From assembly GCF_000179635.2 (NCBI RefSeq), contig NC_014833.1:2460001-2492000 (forward strand): DNA of 32,000 bases, written 5' to 3'. The DNA is from Ruminococcus albus 7 = DSM 20455 (lineage in GTDB: Bacteria > Bacillota > Clostridia > Oscillospirales > Ruminococcaceae). The translations under genes were made by a program, and so were the position numbers. This document shows positions 1 through 8,212 of the stretch, one piece after another. The notes beneath the pieces are model-generated. The model worked only from the letters and a program-made list of their open reading frames with translations. It did no database searches and had not been told where the DNA came from. Position 1 is the first letter of the stretch; each line of letters starts with the position of its first letter.

Positions 1-137
1 CAGTCCTTCAAAACAGTGCGGATAACATTTTTCCAGTAATGTTTTTCAACATCATCCCTTACTGCCTGCTCAGGGTCTTCCTTATAAGTTCCGCTTTCTT
101 CATCAAATATCAAAAAGTCGGTAGCTTTGTTTGTCAT
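1..137 (-). CDS. hypothetical protein, N-terminal 45 codons only (continues past the window edge)
   Basis: ATG at 137-135 (minus) lies 9 nt downstream of GGAGG (151-147). The frame stays open to position 1 (MTNKATDFLIFDEESGTYKEDPEQAVRDDVEKHYWKNVIRTVLKD...). It starts 20 nt after the stop of the upstream gene. It is too short to appear in the ORF track. Confidence 0.4.
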   Translation of the reverse strand, partial: MTNKATDFLIFDEESGTYKEDPEQAVRDDVEKHYWKNVIRTVLKD

Positions 138-157
138 TATTTTTAACCTCCCTGATA

Positions 158-763
158 TCAAATATCACCGTACCCGCTGTCTGTCTGATCAAGCATCTGA
201 CTTCTCCTGCGTTCTGACTGAGTGCGGATCAGATAAGAAACCTGATCCTCAAAAATGCCATCGAGCCTGCGGGTCAGCTGTACAGTTACGACTGCGAAAA
301 CCAGCGAAAGTGAATCTGTCAATATAAATCTTACAATATCTCCCGCCGAGCCGCCAAACACGATACCTGCAGCTGTTCTTCCTGCCTGAGCAGCAAAAAA
401 AGCAGATGCGGTAAAGAGAAGCGAAAGTGAAGTCTTTGTTCTGACTTTTTCTTTGCCGAACGCTTTGAAAAAGAACATCGCCGCCAGTGCAAAACAGTTG
501 CCTATACAGTAGACAGCCGTCTGTCTTAATCCCGCACCGGACACAGCACACAGTGTAAGTCCTCCTCCGAGTGCGTGAAGTGCAGCGTAGCCTCCCCAAC
601 GCATCATAACGATACAAACAATGGCGATAGTCGGCGAAAGAACATAAAGCTCATCGGGAAACCACGACCTTGCTGCAGCACCTATCAGCGCTTCTGAAAC
701 GACCAGCAACATAAGCATGATCACAAGATCTATGGTCCTGTATTGTTTCAACGATAAATTCAT
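158..763 (-). CDS. polytopic membrane protein with a charged C-terminal tail; possibly ECF-transporter S-component-like (guess from size and topology)
   Basis: Track ORF 158-772. It has 5-6 hydrophobic helices. In-frame ATGs occur at 772, 769 and 763, and the AAAGGA SD is best spaced for 763. I recognise no diagnostic motif. Confidence 0.5.
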   Translation of the reverse strand: MNLSLKQYRTIDLVIMLMLLVVSEALIGAAARSWFPDELYVLSPTIAIVCIVMMRWGGYAALHALGGGLTLCAVSGAGLRQTAVYCIGNCFALAAMFFFKAFGKEKVRTKTSLSLLFTASAFFAAQAGRTAAGIVFGGSAGDIVRFILTDSLSLVFAVVTVQLTRRLDGIFEDQVSYLIRTQSERRRSQMLDQTDSGYGDI

Positions 764-1091
764 TATCATCATTCCTTTTATGGTGCAGTTGTCTTTCTGC
801 TTAATTATTTTAACTTATAATCATTGAAAAGTACATCACAAAATAAGATATATTTATGGACGATACGGATAATATGGATAATTATTTAAGATATTTACCC
901 TGAAAAATTTCCACAAATACAATACACAACGAGGTTTATCATTGTGTACTTTGACAGTCTATAATGCAGCTTTTGACTAAAAAAGGCAATTTATGAGCAT
1001 ATAAACAGCATCGTCGCAATTAATGAGTGTTGCTGCGTATATTCACAAATCAGCACAGTTTACAAAACCCATGTACGTTATTATCCATTTT

Positions 1092-2309
1092 CTACAGACT
1101 TCTCAGATATTCGTCCATAGTATCTGCCACTTGTTTTGAGTAATTTACGGCTTCAACTACAGTTCTCGCACCGCGTACAACATCACCTGCAGCAAAAATA
1201 CCATCTCTGGTAGTCTTTCCGTAAGTATTGGTTACGAGGAGTCCCCTGTCGGTAACATCAAGACCTGTTGTGGTAGAAACTATCCTGTCGCGAGGACCTT
1301 GCGATACAGCGATAATAGTCGAATCTGCAGGATACAGTTTTTCACTGCCCTCGATACGCTTCCTGTTTCCTTCCTCATCCTTTTCAACACTTACAAATAT
1401 TGTTCCGTTATCAGTTATCTCAACAGGCTCTACTCCCATAACGAAATCCACACCGTCAAATTTAGCGTACTCGACTTCTGTTACGCTGGCAGCAAGTTTT
1501 TCCGATCTTGAGAATACTGTAACCTTTTTGCATCCGTGTCTCAGTGCAGTACGTGCAACATCCATAGCAGAGTTGCCTGCGCCGATAACATTAAGCGTTT
1601 CGCCCAAAGTATAAACATCGGGATTGGTAAGGTAGTTTATTGCAAAATGCACATTTCCAAGGCTTTCACCTTTGATATGCAGAGTATTCGGTTTCCAGAC
1701 TCCGGTACCTATGAATATAGCCTTGTAGCCGTCACGGAAAAGATCATCAATGGTTATGGTGGTACCGATGGAGGTATTCGGACGTATTTTTATACCCAGG
1801 GAAATCATGAGCTTTTTATACCTCTCCAGCAATTGCTTAGGAAGTCTGAACTCCGGTATACCATAGCGAAGTACTCCGCCTATCTTCTCACGTGATTCAA
1901 ATAACGTTATGTTATATCCGCGCTGAGCAAGAAGTATAGCTATGGTAATACCTGCAGGACCTCCGCCGATGACACCTACATGGATATTGTTCTTTTTGAT
2001 CTCACCGAACTGAAGCTTATCAAAATAAGTATCACTGATATAATTCTCAATATCGCTGAAATGCACAGGAGAGCCCTTGCGTCCGAGAACACAATTACCC
2101 TCACACTGATTATCGTGATTGCATATCAGAGAGCATATAACGCTGAGAGGATTATTCTCAAAAAGCATACCGCCAGCCTTATCTATATCACCATCAAGAA
2201 AGGTTCTAATAACATCCGGTATAGGCGTACTTATAGGGCATCCCTTTTTACATCCGGGATTTTTACAGTTAAGACATCGTCTAGCTTCGGTTATGATATT
2301 GAATGCCAT
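1092..2309 (-). CDS. GltD-family (glutamate synthase small-subunit-like) FAD/NAD(P)H oxidoreductase with an N-terminal Fe-S Cys cluster
   Basis: 405 aa. The N-terminus reads CLNCKNPGCKKGCP...C..C...C...C. Two Rossmann motifs are present (VIGGGPAGITIA and VIGAGNSAMDVA), with a C-terminal GIFAAGD. The SD AAAGGTGA sits inside the end of the upstream AraC gene. Confidence 0.8.
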   Translation of the reverse strand: MAFNIITEARRCLNCKNPGCKKGCPISTPIPDVIRTFLDGDIDKAGGMLFENNPLSVICSLICNHDNQCEGNCVLGRKGSPVHFSDIENYISDTYFDKLQFGEIKKNNIHVGVIGGGPAGITIAILLAQRGYNITLFESREKIGGVLRYGIPEFRLPKQLLERYKKLMISLGIKIRPNTSIGTTITIDDLFRDGYKAIFIGTGVWKPNTLHIKGESLGNVHFAINYLTNPDVYTLGETLNVIGAGNSAMDVARTALRHGCKKVTVFSRSEKLAASVTEVEYAKFDGVDFVMGVEPVEITDNGTIFVSVEKDEEGNRKRIEGSEKLYPADSTIIAVSQGPRDRIVSTTTGLDVTDRGLLVTNTYGKTTRDGIFAAGDVVRGARTVVEAVNYSKQVADTMDEYLRSL

Positions 2310-2313
2310 ATTA

Positions 2314-3063
2314 TCACCTTTCCTTCCTTATCTGATTAGCATATTTCTTAGGAGAGCATCCGAAGTATTTTTTGAAAACTCTTGAAAAATAGAGCGAATC
2401 AGAATATCCGCAGATATATGCTATCTCTGAAATATTCTGCTCAAGACTCTCCGTTGAACACAGAAGCTTTTCAGCCATCTGTATCCTCAGACCTGTAAGA
2501 TAATCATGGGGTGTCATACCCATCTCACTTTTGAAAAGCTTTCTCAGATAATCATAGCTGAAAGGAACTGTTCTGAGATATCTGTCAAGCCTGTAATCAG
2601 GATCGCTGAAATTCTGCATGATATTATTCTTTATCTCATCAACTATCCCATGCATGGGTTTTACATTTTTGAAAGCGTTTACATAATTGACTATAAGATT
2701 TCCGAGTGCACCTATGATAAGCTGCTTGCTTTCGATATCACTGTTGAAGAAATAGAATGCATCCCTGAAAGCAGAAAGGATATGTTTATCACTGTCATCA
2801 GTAAGGATAAGCGGCTCCTTTAAATGAAAAGTCGCATCTGCGATATGGATATGGATATTAGTAAAACCTTCCTCGCTGAAATTAGTATGAAGCATCTGAG
2901 GGGGGATCAGAACTATATCTCCCTCTCCGTATTTTAGAACTGTTTCCTTGAATTCAAATTGCCCCTGACCGCTTGTACAGTATACAAGCTCCCACTCAGT
3001 ATGACTATGCTGCTTGGTAGAAAAAGTGATCAGGTGCTTACCTGCATACACTATACTGTTCAT
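2314..3063 (-). CDS. AraC-family transcriptional regulator (N-terminal cupin sensor, C-terminal double HTH)
   Basis: The C-terminus (YLRKLFKSEMGMTPHDYLTGLRIQMAEKLL...IAYICGYSDSLYFSRVFKKYFGCSPKKY) is a typical AraC HTH. ATG at 3063 is preceded by GGAGGAAAGTC, and the track start at 3084 would contain that SD. The stop is 4 nt before the next gene's ATG. Confidence 0.85.
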   Translation of the reverse strand: MNSIVYAGKHLITFSTKQHSHTEWELVYCTSGQGQFEFKETVLKYGEGDIVLIPPQMLHTNFSEEGFTNIHIHIADATFHLKEPLILTDDSDKHILSAFRDAFYFFNSDIESKQLIIGALGNLIVNYVNAFKNVKPMHGIVDEIKNNIMQNFSDPDYRLDRYLRTVPFSYDYLRKLFKSEMGMTPHDYLTGLRIQMAEKLLCSTESLEQNISEIAYICGYSDSLYFSRVFKKYFGCSPKKYANQIRKER

Positions 3064-3140
3064 GACTTTCCTCCAAAAATACACTTTACATTACACCTTA
3101 TTTTCCGTGCCCTTAACACGGGCGTGCTGACAACTGAGCC

Positions 3141-4055
3141 TTACACCTCCTGATCAAAAGCTTTCAAAAGCTGCCTCATCTCATCATCACCGATAACAGT
3201 GCTCCACGGAACACGGTCCGACGGGATACGACCGTACTCAGCAAATCTGGCAGTCTTATCCCTGCCCGAGTCGTTCCAGCTGTCGAAGCCTGCCGCAGCG
3301 ATATGTCTGCCGTATGTACAATCAATAAACGTACACTTACCGTGATCTCTCCACGGGCGGGCAAGATAGACAGAGCCATCCGGAACTTTATCTTCACAGG
3401 TAAATATGCACTCATTGAACACGAAACCAACCTTTTGTTCATATCCATGTGCAGGTGCTGCTGTGAACCCATGCCCTCTTACGTCATAAACAGAATGGAT
3501 CTCACATCTGTCAAAGAGAGCGGTGGCACAGCCGAATATAAAATCCACATTACCTGCGATAAAACAGTCCCTGAATATCTGCCTCATGGTACCGCCTGCA
3601 CGAAGCGTGCTTTTCAGAAAGCCGTAATATCTGATTATCAGATCTGATGGCAGCGGTCCGCAGAACACAGTATCCTGAGTTGAGATAAAACGGCAGTTAT
3701 AAGCCCTGAAGCCGTCGGCACACACAGTAAGTGCGACCTCCTGACCCTTTATCTCGGGATAAAGGGCATCATTTTCAACTGTGATATTGCGGAAAGTCAC
3801 CCGCGGAGCCAGCACAGCGACTGTATATGTCCTGAACGTGTTGTATTCTACCCCTTTTTCATCCGGCTTGGTTGCATAGTCATCCCATACTATCTTTGTT
3901 TCTCCGGCAATATCACCAACTATTTCGATATCAGGCACAGTTATCTCGATCTTCTCTCGATATGTACCGGGTGCAAGTATAAACCGCGTACCCTTTTCAG
4001 CCGATCTGATCGCCTTGGAAATGCTCATGTCAGATGATAATTTTACAACATTCAT
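3141..4055 (-). CDS. pectinesterase (carbohydrate esterase family 8), no signal peptide
   Basis: CE8 signature motifs are present: ISTQDTVF, GNVDFIFG and YLARPW. ATG at 4055 is preceded by AAGGAG. The track start at 4112 adds 19 unsupported residues. Confidence 0.85.
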   Translation of the reverse strand: MNVVKLSSDMSISKAIRSAEKGTRFILAPGTYREKIEITVPDIEIVGDIAGETKIVWDDYATKPDEKGVEYNTFRTYTVAVLAPRVTFRNITVENDALYPEIKGQEVALTVCADGFRAYNCRFISTQDTVFCGPLPSDLIIRYYGFLKSTLRAGGTMRQIFRDCFIAGNVDFIFGCATALFDRCEIHSVYDVRGHGFTAAPAHGYEQKVGFVFNECIFTCEDKVPDGSVYLARPWRDHGKCTFIDCTYGRHIAAAGFDSWNDSGRDKTARFAEYGRIPSDRVPWSTVIGDDEMRQLLKAFDQEV

Positions 4056-4540
4056 CGCTAACTCCTTACAGGTCAAAACGGATATGTGTCCGTTCTGCCA
4101 AGATCCGAACAATCCATAAACTTATGGATCATGGTATAATATTACAGTATTTACAGTTCCATTTCTATAATTTTTCTTATCTATTTTATAGATAGTTTAT
4201 GTTTTTTAACATCGGGTTTCAAAGAATCAAATAAATTAAGCTGTTTTCTTGATGCATATTACACAAATTTTAATCCACTTTGCGGTAATTTACCTGTGAT
4301 CTGACCAAAAGTTCTACATTCTATGTAAATTGCAAACAAAATTGCAGCATACAACGACCTTCTTTTATATATTTTAGCTTATTACACCAAATTTTACAAT
4401 ACAAATAGCGTTTTAAAAATGGACAAATCGGACATATGAAATCAAATGAAAATATTTGAAAGTCAATATTTTTATATATAAAAATTTACTTCACGTCATT
4501 ATTAACATTAACAATATTTATTTTTGTCAAATTCGACTAA

Positions 4541-4575
4541 TAAAAAAAGACCGTGCAGATCTATCTACACGGTCA
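4541..4575 (-). terminator. intrinsic terminator after the LRR-dockerin gene
   Basis: On the minus strand the stem is GACCGTG-(T)-AGAT/ATCT-(G)-CACGGTC (plus-strand arm positions 4549-4555 and 4568-4574, inner 4557-4560/4563-4566). It is followed by U7 (A-run 4542-4548 on plus). Confidence 0.85.
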
Positions 4576-4607
4576 CGTAAACATATTATCCGCTAAAAAG
4601 CCCTGAA

Positions 4608-5588
4608 TCAGTGCTTTTTAAGTATTTTTTTACCTTTGATATAAGCAGATATCATCGAAATATCAGTAACGTTAACATTACCGTCACCGCTAACATCTGC
4701 TCTCGCCTTGCGTTTTTCGCTGAGAGACTTGACTCCTTTTACATGACCAGCCGTCATAGCAAGGTCAACTATATTTACAATATCATCACCGTTAACATCG
4801 CCGGGAGCAGTTTCATCACCTGTTGTATCGTCATCATCCTCACCAAAGATTATATCCGGAGTGTCAGGATCAAGAATCTCATATTTCAGATCATTCAGAA
4901 CAGCGTAGATATACGCCTTTGAGTTCATATAGCATCCGATCTTGAAACCGCTGAGCTTGGTATAAACTGCCGACTCACTGTCACCAATGGTAAAACCGAA
5001 GGCTGCATCCTCTATTTCAGCTGTATTCGCAGGTATATTTACCGTTTTAAGAGAAGTACAACCAAGAAATGCTTCATACTTGTATGTAACGCCTACATCA
5101 GGTAAAGTAACCAATGTAAGAGCTGTACAATCAGCAAAAGCAGCTTCTCCCACTGTTTTTAAAGATGCAGGAAGATTTAGCTTTTTAAGTGATGAACATC
5201 CGCTGAAGGCACATACACCGATAGTCTTGACAGAATCGGGTATCGACACTGATGTCATTGATTCGCATTCCATAAATGCGCTGTTACCGATAGATAACAC
5301 AGTGGAAGGTATAGTTACCGAAGTTATGGCATCGCACTGAAAAAATGCATTATCAGCTATGGAAACAACTTTTTTACCGCTAATTTTCGAGGGTATAGCG
5401 ACCTTGCCCCCGTTACCTGTGTAAGCTGTTATAGCTACACCGCCGCTGACAGCCTCATAGTTAAAATCACCGTAAGAATCAGCATAAGCAGTTATGTTAT
5501 CTGTTTTTTCAGTAATGGGCAGTACTCCGCTGCCGCCGATAATGAATACAGCTGCCGCAAGGCAAGCTGCCAGTCTTTTATTTAACAT
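4608..5588 (-). CDS. secreted BspA-type leucine-rich-repeat protein with a C-terminal type I dockerin
   Basis: Signal peptide MLNKRLAACLAAAVFIIGG. Repeated ~23-aa units match the LRR_5/BspA pattern (IPSxVxxIGxxAFxxCxSLxxV). Duplicated Ca-binding loops are DVNGDDIVNIVDL and DVSGDGNVNVTDI. ATG at 5588 follows GGAGGAAC. Confidence 0.8.
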   Translation of the reverse strand: MLNKRLAACLAAAVFIIGGSGVLPITEKTDNITAYADSYGDFNYEAVSGGVAITAYTGNGGKVAIPSKISGKKVVSIADNAFFQCDAITSVTIPSTVLSIGNSAFMECESMTSVSIPDSVKTIGVCAFSGCSSLKKLNLPASLKTVGEAAFADCTALTLVTLPDVGVTYKYEAFLGCTSLKTVNIPANTAEIEDAAFGFTIGDSESAVYTKLSGFKIGCYMNSKAYIYAVLNDLKYEILDPDTPDIIFGEDDDDTTGDETAPGDVNGDDIVNIVDLAMTAGHVKGVKSLSEKRKARADVSGDGNVNVTDISMISAYIKGKKILKKH

Positions 5589-5633
5589 AGTTCCTCCGAT
5601 CAATATATTACAAAATGATTACATTACTTTACT

Positions 5634-5662
5634 ATTATACCCTAATACCTAATTTCTGTCAA
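5634..5662 (-). promoter_or_regulatory. sigma-A promoter, perfect consensus TTGACA-17-TATAAT
   Basis: -35 TTGACA is the reverse complement of 5657-5662. -10 TATAAT is the reverse complement of 5634-5639. The spacer is exactly 17 nt. The promoter lies about 45 nt upstream of the LRR-dockerin ATG. Confidence 0.75.
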
Positions 5663-5801
5663 TTGCCATAAATGCAGAAGAAAGCCCGAAAAGACAAGCT
5701 TTTTCGGGCAATTTCATCAATTTTACGTTCATAACGCATTTTAATCATTCAGGACACAACAACCTAGCGCCTTATGTATCTGATCTTCAAATCATCCATT
5801 T

Positions 5802-5837
5802 ACAAAAACTGCCTTATTCCCCGCAGGGACAAGGCAG
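5802..5837 (-). terminator. intrinsic terminator after the coiled-coil membrane protein gene
   Basis: The minus strand reads CTGCCTT-(15-nt loop with CCC/GGG sub-stem)-AAGGCAG followed by TTTTTG. It begins 14 nt after the stop at 5851-5853. Confidence 0.7.
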
Positions 5838-5850
5838 ATAGATTATGAAA

Positions 5851-7107
5851 TCACTTTTCAAATGCTTTAACAGCATTGAGTTTCTGCTCATAGATGGTCT
5901 TAGCAGAACCGAAAGCAGTTGATGCTGCCTGAGCGGAAGCCACTCTGTCACTGACATTCTGCTTTGCAGCTTCAAGTGCAGATGAAACACGGTTGAACTG
6001 ATCTTCTGCAGCTTCTGTGCTCTTACCCTTGATCGCGCTGCTATAGTAGCTGTTGAACTTATTGGCAAAATCCTTTACAGACACAAGATTACCTGCATCA
6101 TAGCCTTCATCACAGAAAAGAACATTATGAACATTTCCCTTCTTATGGCTGAAACCGAACCCTGCACCCTTATGAGCTTCATTTATAAGGCTGAGATAAT
6201 TTCCGCCCTGTGAATCCTTTTCATCATAATACCATATTGTGAAAGGATCATCAAAACCGATAGCAAGATCTTCGTCAAGACCTGTACCGTTTGAATTATT
6301 GCTGTCAGCAGCATAAAGATCGTTATTGAGGGCTGCCAGAGCCATAAGCTTGCAGCTTACTCTGATCTCGGGCATACCTTCAGCGACCCTTACCTGATTT
6401 ACAAATTTAAGATAATCCACGCTTTTCTTCATACATTCAAGTGAAGCAGCATCAGCAGGATCTGCAAAATTAACAAGAGAGATAAGGTCAGAACCGACAA
6501 GTGTATCAACTCCCATCTGATCACCAACGCTCTCAAAGAAACCCAGCATACCCTTATTGTAGTTTTCCTTCTGGCTTTCATCATAATTGCGGTTAGCTTC
6601 ATCAAGCTTTGCCTTTGCAGAATCATATTCGTTCTGCAGCTGATCTCTTCCAGCCTTGGCTTCATCAAGAGCTGTATTACACTGATTTAGCTTTTGTTCT
6701 GCCTGCTCATACTTTTCTTTAGCAGCATCCAGCTCATCCTGTGCTTTCTGTTTTCTTTCTGCTATCAACTCTGCCGTTGAAGCTCCGGAAGCATTTGCAT
6801 CGGTATTGCGGCGGTTGTTGATCCTCTGGGTGGACTGAGTCACTATGATGTCGCCATATTCATAAGGCGCACTCTCATCACCGTCTAAAGCGATCTCAGA
6901 TTCGTTACCGTTCTCATTTTCAACATCGCTGTCCTTCGCTGTATCCTCATTGAATCCGGTGACATTACTCTTATGCGAGAGGCTCTTCTCTGAGCGCTCG
7001 ATCGACATCGGATCTTTTCTTAGCGAGTGTCTTATAACAAGTCCTGAAAATGCTACTACAACAATAACAACTATACCTATCCAAAGTTTAAGACTGTGTT
7101 TAACCAT
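5851..7107 (-). CDS. N-terminally membrane-anchored coiled-coil protein; the central globular domain is possibly a divergent CAP/SCP-like domain
   Basis: One TM helix (LWIGIVVIVVVAFSGLVI). An Ala/Glu/Lys/Gln-rich heptad-like stretch (AERKQKAQDELDAAKEKYEQAEQKLNQ...). The segment EDLAIGFDDPFTIWYYDEK...GNYLSLINEAHKGAGFG loosely resembles the CAP-domain core. ATG at 7107 follows GTGAGGT. The track start at 7119 is a GTG inside that SD. Confidence 0.6.
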   Translation of the reverse strand: MVKHSLKLWIGIVVIVVVAFSGLVIRHSLRKDPMSIERSEKSLSHKSNVTGFNEDTAKDSDVENENGNESEIALDGDESAPYEYGDIIVTQSTQRINNRRNTDANASGASTAELIAERKQKAQDELDAAKEKYEQAEQKLNQCNTALDEAKAGRDQLQNEYDSAKAKLDEANRNYDESQKENYNKGMLGFFESVGDQMGVDTLVGSDLISLVNFADPADAASLECMKKSVDYLKFVNQVRVAEGMPEIRVSCKLMALAALNNDLYAADSNNSNGTGLDEDLAIGFDDPFTIWYYDEKDSQGGNYLSLINEAHKGAGFGFSHKKGNVHNVLFCDEGYDAGNLVSVKDFANKFNSYYSSAIKGKSTEAAEDQFNRVSSALEAAKQNVSDRVASAQAASTAFGSAKTIYEQKLNAVKAFEK

Positions 7108-7165
7108 TTTATACCTCACTTTTCATAATTAGTGCGATTCACTCTCCTAATTGAATACAATGAAT

Positions 7166-7174
7166 ATTATAGCA
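7166..7174 (-). promoter_or_regulatory. extended -10 promoter element TGCTATAAT
   Basis: The reverse complement of 7166-7174 is TGCTATAAT, about 60 nt upstream of the ATG at 7107. The -35 region is weak (TTAAAA-like). Confidence 0.4.
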
Positions 7175-7318
7175 CAATGGAATAAATAATTTTAATACAG
7201 TTAGTGAATAAATAGTGAACCCACAAATTTGAGTGTAATTCTTTTAAGCTAACAAATGTTTCCAGCTGTCGTAATTGCACAATTAATCGTGAAAAAAGTG
7301 TTTTTTATAAATGAACGG

Positions 7319-7347
7319 TTAAAAAGGCACCCCTTTCGGAGTGCCTT
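7319..7347 (-). terminator. intrinsic terminator after the cyclophilin gene (end of the cysE operon)
   Basis: The minus strand reads GGCACTCC-GAAA-GGGGTGCC (8 bp with one G-U pair, GNRA-type tetraloop) followed by TTTTT. It starts 5 nt after the stop at 7352-7354. Confidence 0.85.
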
Positions 7348-7351
7348 TATA

Positions 7352-8203
7352 TCATTCGGTATCAGTTGTATTTTTGTCTTTTTCAAGAGTAAAGAAACTG
7401 TCATTCTTATGTTCGCCATAAGTAGAGATATAAGCCTTTTTAATGATGATATCCTTTTTGGGGCGCAGATCTTCATCTTCCTTAACTACTTCAGAACCGC
7501 ATATAGCATCATAAGCCTCAAAACCGTCATAGACCTGAGCGAATACTGTATACTGCTGAGAGAAATTAGGTACACCGCCTTTCAGCTTAAAGGCTTCTAC
7601 AAGTTCCTTGTTTCCCCCTGCATCATCAAGTTCAGCCTTGAATTCATCCGTAAATTCAACAGTATCAACAAACAGGATCCTACTGCCTGACATTACCTTT
7701 TTATCAAATATACTTCCGCCTTTATCACCATAGGAGATAAGAGCACCCCTGAAAGGCCACAGATCCTTGTGAAGTTCGGAATCTATGGAAGTTTTATCAG
7801 TATCTGAGGTTTCAGTGCCGTCAGAGGCCTTCGAGCCGCCCATGAAATACACGTCCTTCTGTACAGCAAATACGTAAGTACCGTCATAGTAACCATCATT
7901 GACAAGATCCTCGAAGTACTGAACGAACTTGGGAGCCTGATCGGGATAAAGAACAGCTGTGAAATTACCTTCAGATGTTTCAAATACTACAACCGGCGCA
8001 TCATCCTTCGGCACCTGATACTGTATAAGTTCAACATTTTCAGGATCGAGCCTTCCGCCTGATCTCATCCTCTGGCAAGCGCTGAAAAGAGAGAACGCCA
8101 GTACAAAAGCAAGAGCTATCATGGAGAAATTGAAATAGATCCTGAAACGTCGTCTGCGCTGCTGATCGTAATAATTATTCTTAGTATTCTTTTTTTCCAT
8201 CAT
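7352..8203 (-). CDS. membrane-anchored cyclophilin-type peptidyl-prolyl cis-trans isomerase
   Basis: N-terminal TM helix (FSMIALAFVLAFSLFSA). Cyclophilin-like blocks are YVFAVQKDVYFMGG, FRGALISYG, GSRILFV and YTVFAQVYDGFEAYDAI. GGAGGAT precedes tandem ATGs at 8203 and 8200, and 8200 is better spaced. Confidence 0.7.
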   Translation of the reverse strand: MMEKKNTKNNYYDQQRRRRFRIYFNFSMIALAFVLAFSLFSACQRMRSGGRLDPENVELIQYQVPKDDAPVVVFETSEGNFTAVLYPDQAPKFVQYFEDLVNDGYYDGTYVFAVQKDVYFMGGSKASDGTETSDTDKTSIDSELHKDLWPFRGALISYGDKGGSIFDKKVMSGSRILFVDTVEFTDEFKAELDDAGGNKELVEAFKLKGGVPNFSQQYTVFAQVYDGFEAYDAICGSEVVKEDEDLRPKKDIIIKKAYISTYGEHKNDSFFTLEKDKNTTDTE

Positions 8204-8212
8204 ATCCTCCGC

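Noticed and set aside
773-1091. Riboswitch upstream of the putative ECF-like membrane protein (THF, preQ1 or TPP)
   Set aside because: The leader is AT-rich with only a small hairpin (ACACAA...TTGTGT, about 918-941) and GGATAAT direct repeats (868-888). It has no conserved aptamer core and no terminator.
4056-4112. 19-codon N-terminal extension of the pectinesterase ORF (track start 4112)
   Set aside because: The internal ATG at 4055 has a proper AAGGAG SD and the extension has none. The extension also gives no signal peptide.
5684-5709. Second hairpin GCCCGAAAAG/CTTTTTCGGGC about 95 nt downstream of the first terminator, possibly a tiny sRNA
   Set aside because: No credible promoter lies between the two hairpins and the interval is under 100 nt. 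It is more likely a back-up terminator or insulator just upstream of the consensus promoter at 5634-5662.
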